Below are positions 1 to 12,252 of a stretch of DNA of 64,000 nucleotides, one piece after another; the first letter of the stretch is position 1, and each line of letters starts with the position of its first letter. The notes under the pieces were generated by a model, which saw only the letters and a list, made by a program, of their open reading frames with translations, was not told the DNA's origin and did not search any database. The DNA is from the human T2T-CHM13v2.0 reference genome, Homo sapiens: NCBI RefSeq assembly GCF_009914755.1, contig NC_060934.1, one strand, 5' to 3'. The position numbers were made by a program, and so were the translations under genes.

Positions 1-429
1 TTCAATGAGAAAAAAAAAACTTATGTAAATATATGGATATATACTATGAAGTCAGGGAAAGCACACAAAATACCCAGGAGATTGAGAATTCATTTGTAAA
101 GATGTTTTAACAGCATGAAGGGGTGTATATTTCTAATTATGTGTTTAATAAACCCAGGAATCCACCAGAAGATACCTGTGACACCCTTAGAGTATTGCTT
201 TGATGACTTAAACTGGCAAAGAACTAGTTTCCCATTTGAAAAGGCTTCCTTTAATCCATTTAAACAAGAGATGTTAATTGTTCAAATCACTTTGAACAAC
301 TACCACCACACTGCGTCCTGTCATTCCCTGGCTATTCCTGGAGGGGTTGCACCCTGCTATAAACAGACCTTTTTCTGAGCATGTGCAGTAAGCTACACTG
401 CCTTTTTTTCCTACAGAAAGGCATAAGTT

Positions 430-935
430 TCCAGTATGCACCAAACACTAACAGGCTCTGGGGATACAGACAAGCAAAGCAGACCAGGTATCTGTCCTCC
501 CAGAGTTTACAGTCCAGGGAAGTGGATACCCTTACCTGTGTACCATGAGATTATGTGTTTAATTACACCTTCTCTAGAGGCCACGTCCTGTGAGAGCTCG
601 CAACAGTGGCCTGACCTAGTCTGGGAGCAAGGTGGTCAGAGAAGCTTTCCCTGAAGATGGGATAATTAAGATGGTATGAGAGGTAAGTGGGGATTAATCA
701 GGGAAATAGCAGGGGGTGAGAAGCCAGCAGCATACGGGGGGCCCTGAAGCGTAAAGAGGCTGACATTTTCAAGGAAATGGATGTTGGTCAGTGTGGCCAG
801 AATGCAAGCAAGACTGGCCAGATGTGGGGCCAGAGAGTACAAGGACCCAGTCAGGCAGCATCCTATGGTTCACGTGGACGATTGTGAATTTTATTCCAAG
901 AGCAAAGGCAAGTCATTGAAAGCAGTTAAACAGTT
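430..935 (-). mobile_element. L2 (LINE-2) fragment
   Basis: Degenerate L2 3'-region motifs ('ctggggatacag...ccagagtttacagtcc', 'gtcagagaagctttccctgaag', 'gaattttattcc'); boundaries approximate. Confidence 0.6.
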
Positions 936-2609
936 GGCTTTGGGGTCCAGTAACAATAGAAAGCAGAGCAGAGCTCAAATGTTTAAAGCATGCTTACCTT
1001 TGGCTGATATCAACAATTCTTTGAATATCTCTCCTCTTTGTGGGTATCTTTTTGTAAGGGAACCCTAAGAATGCCATGTGTTACTTCCCTTGTCTTTCCA
1101 GCATCTATCTGGAATCTCTACTCTTGACTGCCCTCAGAGGTACAATGGAGATGACACTGGTTCTGTTTGGGCTCTGGAGCCCTCTTGTATGCTGTGGGCC
1201 TGCCCTCTTGTGTTTCCTTCAGAAATCTATTACTTTGTAAGCCAGCATTCAACAGCAGAGCAACACAGGAATGTCAACTAGAGGAGGGGATAGGTTGAGT
1301 CCATGGGAAAAGCACTGGCTAAGTCAAAATGAAGCAGAGAGTTAGGCTATCTTCCTCACCCTCACTCCCCAGTCCTCCCATGACTGATGTTAAAAACTTG
1401 GGTTGTGCAGGCTAACATGGATAGCTATGGAATTTTGAAATGGAGTAAATATCAATTTGAAGTTAGCAACTGGAAAATTGATCAAATCCATACAGATTAA
1501 TGAAGTAAGCATCCTGAGGCACACTTCAGCTTAGAGGGAGCTCAAAATTAGGAAGGAGATTCGCTGTTAATCCTGGGCTGCTGCTGCCTCTTCAGACCCA
1601 CTCTGAGAGCCATTTTCCCCCAACTAGCCCTTTACTATCACAGGTCCTGCCTCCTCCGCCTCCTCCCACCAACCAACAACTGCTCCTACCTGCCCAGTCC
1701 ATCTCCTAACTACTTTCTTCTCCCTTTTTTTATTCTTACTGATTTATTTATAGACGTGAAATTAAATAGAGGAAAATGTATTAAGAAATTGTATACAATA
1801 ATATGATCTCAAGAACATCCTAAGAGTCAGCTCCATCGCATGGTAGAATGAACGCCCAAGAGAATTAAGAAGAGGACAATTACCTAAATTATTTGAGAAT
1901 CAACTGGACAAAGTCTCCAAGGATGTGCTGGCAAAAAGGCCCTAGTCTCAACTGCATTGGAATGAAGAAAATGTACTAATAGAACTTTTATCTCCTCATC
2001 TCACTTTTTCTTTAGGCTGAATTCTTTAACTCATGCTGAAATCAGCTATATCCATAGACAGCAAGACTCACTGCTTTCCTGTGGCCAAATTCATCAGAAA
2101 CTAGAACAAAAGCAGGGGAGGGGATATTAAAGAATCCTTCCTTCAACTATCAAGAAGGAAGTTCCATGGGAGAAAAATCAGTGTAGGACTCTCAGCTTTT
2201 ATCCTAGTCCTGCTCTTTATTCTGTGATCAAAGGATAAATTTTCTGGAAACAGGAAAAATTGCCATGTTCTACAAGCTTCCTGCATATAAATTTTGTCCA
2301 CCAAGTAAAGCTCTTTCCCCTAAACAGCACCTGTTTTCCCATTATGTGTTTATGGCAATTTCTCTGAAGTCCATTTTTTTTTTATATAAATCCTTGTAGA
2401 ACATTGTAGAAATCTTATCAAGTTCAAAATATGTGAAATATAAGCATTATTACATTGAGGCAAATCAATGTCCTTAATACGTAGCACTCTAGAGTCTAAG
2501 GAAAAACATTGTGGTTTTCTATACTGACATTGTCAGATAAAAATATCCCTTGACTTTACTCAAAACTTCATTGAAAAAAACTACCATGGTTTAATAATCC
2601 AATGGTACT

Positions 2610-2830
2610 TCACATATAGAGCACTTCTACTTTATAAGCTCTTTCACAAGTATCCATTCTTTTGATCTTCAATTTGGGTATTATTAAGTTCATTTTACAA
2701 ATGAAAGATCTAAAGCTCACAAAAGAAGAAATAATTTGCTCAGTGGCACAGAGTTACCAAGGGGCAGGCTAAAACACAATCTGGGATCTGACTCCAAAAC
2801 CCTGGATTCTTCCTGTTCTACTAACCCGTA
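2610..2830 (-). mobile_element. MIR SINE
   Basis: MIR-like core 'cattttacaaatgaaagatctaaagctc...aataatttgctcagtggcacagag...tctgactccaaaacc'. Confidence 0.6.
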
Positions 2831-3449
2831 CTCCTCAGGGCTTTTGGGAGCCTCTAGAAACATGTAGATGAAGAGTTTTATACGGTGAATACATCCTCTA
2901 CACATGCCAGGCCAAAAAGCCACACGTTCAAATAGAGACAAAGTATTAATAAAAACATTATTTTAGTCAGTGGCCCAGATGAAAAAGTTTCTTGTCTACT
3001 TTCAAGCATTTTTCATGCATAGGGAAAAAAATCATGCAAATTAATTTGGACTTTGTCTCCCAGTTGAAGGAATTAAGGCTTCATCTGATTACTCGAAAAC
3101 TGGGTCCATTCTTCCTGTTCTTTCTGCAGAGCCGTCTTCCCCCTAGCTTCCTTACCTCACTAGGCTAGAGTGCTTAAGGGTGTTTCCCTGGGCTTTGTGA
3201 AAATAGAGTGTTGGAGTATTAATAACTTACTGTTGATTAGAGAAGATCGAGCACTATAAATCCTCACAATGTCTTGAGCAGGCGCTCTCTGTCTTCTGCA
3301 GCTGACTGTTTCTCTTTGCCAATTACAAGAAACCATCAAAACCTGCAAAAAAATTGACCTTAAGGATGACAAAGAGTAAAGGAAATAACCTTGCAAACAT
3401 AGAATTAATACCCTACAAACGGGGACCTCAGTAAAGAACTTAAAACTCA

Positions 3450-3775
3450 TCACTGCCCCTTGAGGGTAGGCAGGACCTGACACTTGCTTCTAATCAATAG
3501 AATATAGCTAAGGTAATGAGACGCCACTCCTATGATTAGGTTGCATCATAGAATACTCGTCTTTCTAGCAGATACTCCTGGCTGGCTCAAAGAAAGGAAC
3601 AGCCATGTTGCAAATGTCCATGTGGAAAGAAACTGCAAGTAGCCTGTAGGAACTGTGAGTGGCCTTTAGGCACTGCGGGCAGCCTCCAGCAGCTGACAGC
3701 AATCTCCAAATAACAGCCAGAAAGAAACTGGGGCCCTCAGTCCTACAACCATAAGAAAATGGATTTCATCAACAG
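3450..3775 (+). mobile_element. MLT1 (ERVL-MaLR) LTR fragment, MLT1G/H-like
   Basis: 'acttgcttctaatcaatagaata...agccatgttg...gcagcctccagc...ggccctcagtcctacaaccataagaaaatggat' resembles MLT1 consensus. Confidence 0.65.
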
Positions 3776-4283
3776 AACAATGGAAAACTAATACATCATA
3801 CAAAGGTACATTCACATAAAGAATTAATAATACCTGAGTGGGTGAGTTAGACATCAAATGGGTACACAGCTGTGTTTTCAACAATTTTTCTTAAGAGCTA
3901 AATGACCCTCGTTAGGTGGATTTTCCTCTCTACATCTTGGTTACTGCATCCTTAAGTGGGGTTAATACTACCTCACAGAGTTGCTGGAGGATTTGGATGA
4001 CATAGTATGTATAAATCATGTATGTTTTCCCCCACAACCTAGGTTTATTTTCTGTTTTGGGGGGGTTTTCAAAGCAGCTATGCCCCCAAAGGTCAGTAAT
4101 GATCGTATTTGCAAGTAATATCTTCATTAACTAAGCTTATGCTGAATAGTCCCCGACTCGATTTGTCTTAGACATCAGAGGTATAAAAATCGTGGAAAGC
4201 ACCAGCACTATTCCCACCCCCACCCAAAATCCAAACTAAAATAACCCACCATTACCCTTCACAAAGTCTTGGGGGGAGAGGCA

Positions 4284-4705
4284 GTATATTAGTTTTCTGT
4301 TGCTTTGTAACACACTACACCAATTTAGAGGCTTAAAAACGACACCCATTTACTATCTTAACATTCCTGTGGGGCAGAAATCCAGGCATAGCTTAATTGG
4401 GTTCTCTGCTTAGTGACTCACAAGACTGCAATCAAGGTACTGGCCACACTGGTAAAAGAGCTTCCAAGCTCCTTCAGGCTGTTGAAAGAGTTCATTTTCC
4501 TGCAGTGTGGAATCGTGGGGACTTGCTTCTTCAAGGCGAGTTGGGGACAGTCTCTGATCTCAGGGAGAGACCCCAGTCCCTCTCTTAAGGGCTTCCACCA
4601 GGTTAATTCAGGTCTACTTAGAATAATCTCCTTTTTGATTAACTCAAAATGAACAGATTTCAGGTATTAATTACATTTTCAAAAATCCCTTAATTTTTGC
4701 TATGA
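4284..4705 (-). mobile_element. MLT1D/E-like LTR
   Basis: Starts 'tattagttttctgttgctttgtaac', then 'cagaaatccaggcatagcttaattgggttctctgc...ctgcaatcaagg'. Confidence 0.65.
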
Positions 4706-5648
4706 GAATGCTTTTTCCACAGCCCTTTTTGCCAGAATATCTGTCTTCTCCAGTCCTGAACATAGACACTGATCAGTGCTTATAGGGTCAGGGGATCAAG
4801 ACTGACGATGGGACTCTAGAGATTCTTTCCTCACTTTCACTTTTATATTGAACCCCTTGGGATTAAATAACTAAGTGTTCTAGACATACCTCCAGTGTTA
4901 TATAATTCTCAACCTATCTAATACAGAGTCTAATACAACCTGTCCTCTATACAAAACCAGTCAATAGTGTACACAGTATTTGATGCTTTTATAATTTGGA
5001 AAGGTAATAAAATAAGGGAGATGAACTAAATCAAGTTTGCTGTAATTCACCCTCTAATATGCTTTGATTTCAAAATTCCAAATATTTTTGAGGACCCACC
5101 GTAAGTCTTTTTCATGGGTTTTTATAGGAAGTACATGTCCCTGGTTTAAAGATACTCTGGTGAGGTTCTCTTGCCCTGAGGAGGGGCTCTAAGAATGAGG
5201 CCCTTGCATAGGCAGTCTGGGAGAAGGGCAAAAGCAGAAGGGATTCTGTGAGTCTGGAAAGTTCCTCAGCACCTTCTTAACTCTGAGCGTAAGTGCTAGG
5301 GTGTACTGGGGCATGCCTGAGCTGCCAGAAGGAATATAGACACATCTACAGTCTTAATTTTGACAAACAAAACTGGTCAGTGAACTGGAAGAGTTAAGTA
5401 TTAGTTAAGGGGAATCTGAAACTTCCTTCCCAGGTCAAAAATATCTTCACCACCCACCATATCTTTTATGCAACACATATGTCCTGAGTAGGCACTCTGG
5501 GCCAGGAGGGATTTCTACAGTGTACTAGACACAGGCATTACTTTCAATGACCCTGGTGATCCTCAGGGCAAAGAAAACTATAATTACCAGAAAGGTTAAT
5601 ATGTTGAACTTTATATATTGGAAAAATATGGCACCAAATCTGAACTCA

Positions 5649-5973
<325 letters not shown>

Positions 5974-6959
5974 TTAATTACTAGCTGGGCAATAATAGTA
6001 CCCACTTTCTTGGAATGTTATGAAGATAAGGTATGTAAAGCATCTGACACAGAGCCTAGCATAGGAAACTTTATTTTCCCTTCCCAGTCACATGGCTTTT
6101 ATTTCTGAAGATTCTTGTAGAGAGCAGGCCAATGAGAGGACAGAATCTAGGATGGGTATAATTAGAGATGGTGGGGACCTGCGAGGCCAGACCTAGGTGT
6201 GGATCTCAGTATAAGACATGTAGCATTCAGGGCTGTGCAAGAATTTGTTTGGCTGGAACAATGAAAGGAGGACTGAGGACCAACAAATTCAACCTCACCA
6301 GATATCACTGCAAGACTCTAGAACTAATGACAACTGGAGACCTTCTGAGACCTTGAGTGAGTTCAGCATGGGCCTTGGCAAGAGTCTCTGTATCCTGAAA
6401 GATGCAGTCCTGGCTCTGCGGGAAATTGTAAGACTCATCTTATTTTTCTTGGTGCTTTTCGTCTTTTTCAGAGGCTTTACTGCCTGGGAATAGGGCTGGC
6501 TTATGAATCCAGGAGTTAATGTTCTATATTTTCATGAAGCTGGGAATGCATTTTTCTTAGGGAAAACAGGTTGGCTTACCATAAAGGTATTATATTTCAA
6601 GGTAAAATGGAAATAGTATGATTCTTGGGATGCAATCCACAGGCAGAAACATCTCTAGGAGAAGGCAAGGTCTCACTGACTTCCTCTCTCTTTGCCTGAC
6701 CCCCATACCACCCCAGGGAAAAGACCATTCTCCATCCTCTGATGACCTGTCACTTTTCTGGAGAGAGGAATATGTGACTGTCCAATTGAAACCCAACTGG
6801 GTTTGCACTTCTAACTCTCAGGTTATTTGATGCTGAATCATCAGGCCACAGAATCCTATAAGAATCTCAGCTTCTACCTACCTAGGGAAAAACATGGAGA
6901 CAAACAGGGAAGAAGAGGAGTCAAATTATGTTTATTTCAAAGTAGAGGACATTATTATT

Positions 6960-7690
6960 TTATACCATCCAGGATCATTTCACCCTTCTTTGGATAAATC
7001 ATGATCTAAATTTCCTTTGCTAGATTACCCCTCCCATACTCTCAGTCTATGAGTTTCATATAGCAGTGGCCTTAATCACCCTTCCAGGGTTGGGTACTGA
7101 ATAGCCTAAATCAATGGTTCTCAAACATGGAAGCACGACAGTCAACTGAGTAGCTTTTAGAAAACGCTAATGCTTGTATCCCATCCCCAGATATTCTGTC
7201 ATAATTCTGTCACAGTCATTAAATGTTTTTTAACTACTCTAGGTAACTATAATGTGAAGCCAGAATACAGAACCACTGGTTTACCTCCTCAGTGCATCCT
7301 ATCCTCCTGGCTCTAGTGATTGCTTCAGAAATAGGAATTCAACATTACCTAACAGAGGGAAACCTGGACCCCAAACTTTTGTCTATTTGGAAGAGGAGGA
7401 AAGGAAGACAAAGTTCTCTTTTTCTGGCTAGATGTGAAACTAAAAAGATGTAAAGTTTGGAGATTCTGTAACCCCGAGGAGCATGAGAGGTGCACAGCCT
7501 GTGCAGAGAGAGGCAAAAAGATGGGTTCTGGTGAAAATGTTTTAAACTATACGTGAAGCCAACATCAATTCTGGACTTCGAAGCTCTCTGAGCCAGTACA
7601 TTCTTTTTTTGGCTTCAGATGATTGGGATGGGAAGAGGGCTGTCTTTTGTTTTTTGTTACTTGGCAGCAGGAACTGTCCTAACCAAAACA
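6960..7690 (+). mobile_element. Old MLT1 (J/K-like) LTR interrupted by MER5
   Basis: 3' terminus 'ttttgttacttggcagcaggaactgtcctaaccaaaaca' and 'tgagccagtacattc' resemble old MLT1; boundaries approximate. Confidence 0.5.
7108..7280. mobile_element. MER5A/B (hAT-Charlie) DNA transposon fossil
   Basis: Terminal inverted repeats 'caatggttctcaaac' ... 'agaaccactg'. Confidence 0.7.
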
Positions 7691-7995
7691 CTGCCACTGG
7701 CAAATTCATACCAAAAATCTAGTTTCCCAGGCTGGTCTCCACAGAAACATAGATCAGTCAGAGTTATGGATTTTTTTAGGGCTAGAATAGAACTCATCAA
7801 GTTTCTAGTATAAAACACTTATTTTACAGATTGGAAGACTTAAAGTCTACAGTGTTTTAGAAAAAGGCCCACTAGTAGGTGACAAGTTATATATCAGGAT
7901 CCAATTTCTTGACTTGAAGTCAAATGACTTTATTCCACTACTATATACTTCTTTAATAATATATTAAGAATGTATTTGGCAGTCATTTTTTTCAT

Positions 7996-9208
7996 TTTTA
8001 ATATTTTTAATTGACATACTGTAATTGTACACATTTGTGGGGTATGATTTGATGTTTCAATACATATCTATGTTGTATAATGATCCAATCAGGGTAGTTG
8101 GTATATTCATTACCTCATGTATTCATCATTCATTTGTGGTAAGAACATTTAAAACACTCTCTTCTACCTATTTTGTAATAAACAATATTTTACTGTAAAT
8201 TATAGTCACCCTACTATGCAATAGAACACCAGAATTTATTTCTCCTAATTGTAACTTTGTTCCCATTAAACAACCTCTCCCCTTACTCTTCTCCCCAGTC
8301 TCTAGTAAGCACTGTTCTACTCTCTGCTTCTGTGATAGCAACTTTTTTTAGGTTCCATGTATAAGTGAGATATATGGTATTTGTCTTTCTGTGTCTGGCT
8401 TATTTCAGGTTCTCCAGGTTCATCCATGATGTTACAAATGATCACATTTTATTCTTTTTTATGGGTGAATGGTATTCCATTATGTATGTATAACACATTT
8501 TCTTTATCCATTCATTCATTGTTGGACACTTAGGTTGATTCCATACCTTGGCTATTTTTGAAAAGTGCTGCAATAAACATGGGAGGGCTAGTATCGCTTC
8601 AACATACTGATTTCATTTCCTTTGGACATATACCCAGTATTGGAATCATATGGTAGATCATATGGTATTTCTATTTTTTATTTTTTGAGGAACCTCCATA
8701 CTGTTTTCCACAATGGCTGTACCAATTTCTATTCCCACCAACGGTGTGTAAGCAGTTAGCTTTTCTCCATATCCTCACCAACACTTGTTTTCTTTTGTCT
8801 TTTTGATAACGTCCATTCTAACTGAAGTGAAGTGGTATCTCATTATGGTTTTAATGTGCATTTCCCTGAAGATTAGTTATGTTGAGCATTTTTTCATGTA
8901 CCTATTGGTCATTTGTACGTCTTTTTCTGAGAGATGCCTATTAAGATCTTTTGTCCATTTTTTAATCAAGTTATTTGGTTTTTTGCTGTTGAGTTTTTAA
9001 GTTTCTAATATAGTCTGGATATTAACCTCTTGTCAGATGTGTAGTTTGCAATTATTTTCTCCCATTCCACAGGCTGTCTCTTCACTCTGTTAATAGTTTC
9101 CTTTATTGTGGAAAAGCTTTTCAGTTTGACATAATCCCATTTGTTTATTTTTGCTTCTGTTATCTATGCTTTAGAGGTCTTATTTTAAAAATCTTTGTCC
9201 AGCCTAAT
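7996..9208 (-). mobile_element. L1MA (L1MA4-6-like) 3' fragment
   Basis: Antisense 3'UTR 'ttaattgacatactgtaattgtacac...tataatgatccaatcagggtag' followed by antisense ORF2 C-terminal sequence. Confidence 0.85.
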
Positions 9209-9873
9209 TAGTGATTTTTGAGAACCAACTATGTGCTCAGTCCTAGGGGTTCTTTACTGTAAATCAAAGAATGAATGAATGAGTGAATGAATTAATAAAT
9301 AAATAAGTCAGCTTTCCAATTATTCATTTACCTAACCAATATTTCTAAGAACCTTCTATGTGGAAGAAACTACATTATAGAAGTAGTAGGCATGATTCTC
9401 ATTTTCAAAGAGCTTATATTTAATACCATAAATGCAAGAGATAGCTACTGAATATCTGTTATGCATTCTCCAACCTAGTTGAAGACAGAAGATACGACCA
9501 TAAGATTTGTGGTAAACCTTACAAACTTGGAGTAAAGCACAACCTCGGATTTAAATCCTGCTTCTTTCACCTATTACCATGTACTAACTTTTAACCTTGA
9601 ATGACTGACTTAATTTCTTTAATTTCTCCATTTCTTCACCTTAAAATTTAGTTAATATGCGCCTTCACATGGCAAAGATTCAGTTAAATGCCGTACAGTT
9701 GAATTCTTAACACTGTGTTTGATTAGTATTAGTCAGTGAATGAACTAATTTGTTATCATTATGCATATGGCAAACTACATAATATAATCCATGGTTTAAA
9801 TATCATACATAGTACCCTGAACTATATGAGACAACACAAAGCACTCTGTGGTAAGTGATGGATGTACAGCCTT

Positions 9874-10190
9874 CAGAGTTTGCAAACTGTCAGCTTGTGG
9901 GCTGAATCCAGTTGGCAACCATGTTTTGTATGATCCACTCAGGGCTTTTTAAAACATTCAAATTGTTTCTCAACACCTAAAACTCAGGTATTTTATATAA
10001 AAATCTAGATTTTTCTTCTCTCCTGACAACTCAGAAGATCTGACAGTCCTGGGGCTAGACTTCAGCATGGCAACAATTAGCTAGAGCTGAGAAGTGTCTG
10101 CCTGGTTCAGAAGGACCCACCTTAAACCTGTGTTGCAGACCCTACTTATTTGTATTTTCTGTCCAGCCCTTGTAGGCTTTAGAGTTTTGG
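9874..10190. mobile_element. MER102-like hAT-Charlie fossil
   Basis: 'cagagtttgcaaactg...gggctgaatccagttggc...aaaatctagatttttc...catggcaacaattagctagagctgag'. Confidence 0.6.
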
Positions 10191-10259
10191 AACTCAAATC
10201 ATCACTTAACAAAGATATTCCTAGAATCCCTACATCCACTCTATGCTAACACATTTTTT

Positions 10260-10285
10260 CACACACACACACACATGCACACACA
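10260..10285 (+). repeat. (CA)n microsatellite, imperfect
   Basis: Direct read. Confidence 0.85.
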
Positions 10286-11499
10286 GTCTCCTTGGTCACA
10301 TTTATTGGAAAATGCTTCATAATAACTCCTCAGCCACCTGAGGCCTCACAACTCACTTATGGTTCTAGAAACATTTCAAGGAATAAATCTGTCTAATTGT
10401 TTTAACCTAATATTTCCCAAATATATTTCACTGTAGAAAATGTTCTCCCAAAGAAGACTTGGTAACCCTATCTGCACCAGTGTTTTTTGGAAGACAGCCA
10501 GGAATTACTAGAATAAGTTTTAAAGGATTCTTTAAAACTTATGTGTGTTCATAAGAAAAGGAGGTTCATGAGATGTGGTGTATATCACAATCTCTGTCCA
10601 TTGCATAGACCTATTCTCTAAACGAGGTTTTCAGGGTAAAGCTTATAGACAATCTGGGAATGAAGAGAGGTTGGGGAAACTGAATATATGAAAGATAGAA
10701 GACAAAGGAATATATTCTGGTCTCTAGTTTTAAAAAGAGGGCTTGGGGAATTAAGCCAAGTAAAATTTTGCAACCATTCCTTGAAGAGAAGCAACTTCAA
10801 GAGAATAACACTAGAGAAAGCAAAAATCACTGCCAGCCCTGGCATAGAACCTCAGTGTTGATCTGCTGTTTCGTGTGTCTTTGCTCTTTCTCCATATGCC
10901 ACATTATGACAAGCGAATAACAGATTTTCCTTTTTGCGATAAACAGACTGGAGAATTTAGGGACTAGTGGTCTACTTTTATTTCACAAACTGAACTCAGA
11001 TTGATCAGTAAACTTCCAGTTGTGTGGGCCGGCAGACAAATCATTTGGTTACTGGCTTCTGTCACTCAGAGAAGCTCTGCTCTGTGCCATGGGCTTGGCA
11101 AATTTTAGTAAGTGCCAATAATTTACAGCTGGGTTAATCTGGCAGGGCATAAGTCTTTTATGAGCTGATTTTTTATTTTGAGTGCTGAATGAATAGCTAT
11201 TAATTAGAGAAAATTGAAAAGAACAGGTAGAAGAAAGACAACTGAAAAAATCAATTAGAGGTAGTACTAAGGGCTAATATGTTGATATATTTCTTACAAT
11301 CTTTTTTCCAAAGAATATGTAGCAGGTATGTATACACACACAGTATATATGTATGTATACCTGTATAGATAAATATATACATGTATTTCTGTGTAACATG
11401 AATTTTTAACCACAGATGTAAAAAGATTCTATAAAACATATTTTTAATTTATTCAAACTATCCAAATGCCCATCAAAAGCAGAATGGAAAAATTGATTT

Positions 11500-12060
11500 G
11501 TTATGTTCATATAATATAGTATTACTATATATAATATATATTATATTCATATAATATATATTATATAATACATATTATATTTATATAATATGTATTATTA
11601 TATAATTATATTATATTATATATAATATGTGTATTGTATATGTGTATTATACATATATAATATTATTATACATATATGTATTATTATGTATAATATATAT
11701 TATATTCATATAATGTGTATTATTATATATATTTATATAATATGTATTATTATATATATTATATTCATATATGTATTATATAATATATTACATATAATAT
11801 ATTTATATTCATCTAATATATATTATATTCATATATTATATTATGTATATATTTATATATTGTATGCATATAATTATGTATACTATATATTATATTATGT
11901 ATTACATTATATTTGAGGTTTGGGAACCTCAAATATAATTTGTACAGTCTCTAGGCTGCACTATATATTATATATTATGTATTATATATGTATATATTAT
12001 ATTCATATATTATATATTATATTATGTATTATATTATGTATGTATATATGTATATTTCTC
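11500..12060. repeat. AT-rich (TA)n low-complexity tract; resumes at 12222-12252 and 14539-14630 on either side of THE1A
   Basis: About 550 nt of TAT/ATA/TA repeats, directly visible. Confidence 0.95.
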
Positions 12061-12252
12061 AATTATATTTGGCTGTAGAAAATTTTCTCCCAAAGAATAC
12101 TTGGTAACCCTATCTGCACCAGTATTTTGGGAAGACAGCAAGGGATTACTGGAATCTATTTTAAAGAACCTGTGTGTTCATAAGAAGAGAAAGTTCATAA
12201 GATACGGTGTATATCATGATCATATATTATCATATATAATTAATATACTACA

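Noticed and set aside
11629-11916. Y/I-rich 95-aa ORF
   Set aside because: Translation of TA low-complexity DNA
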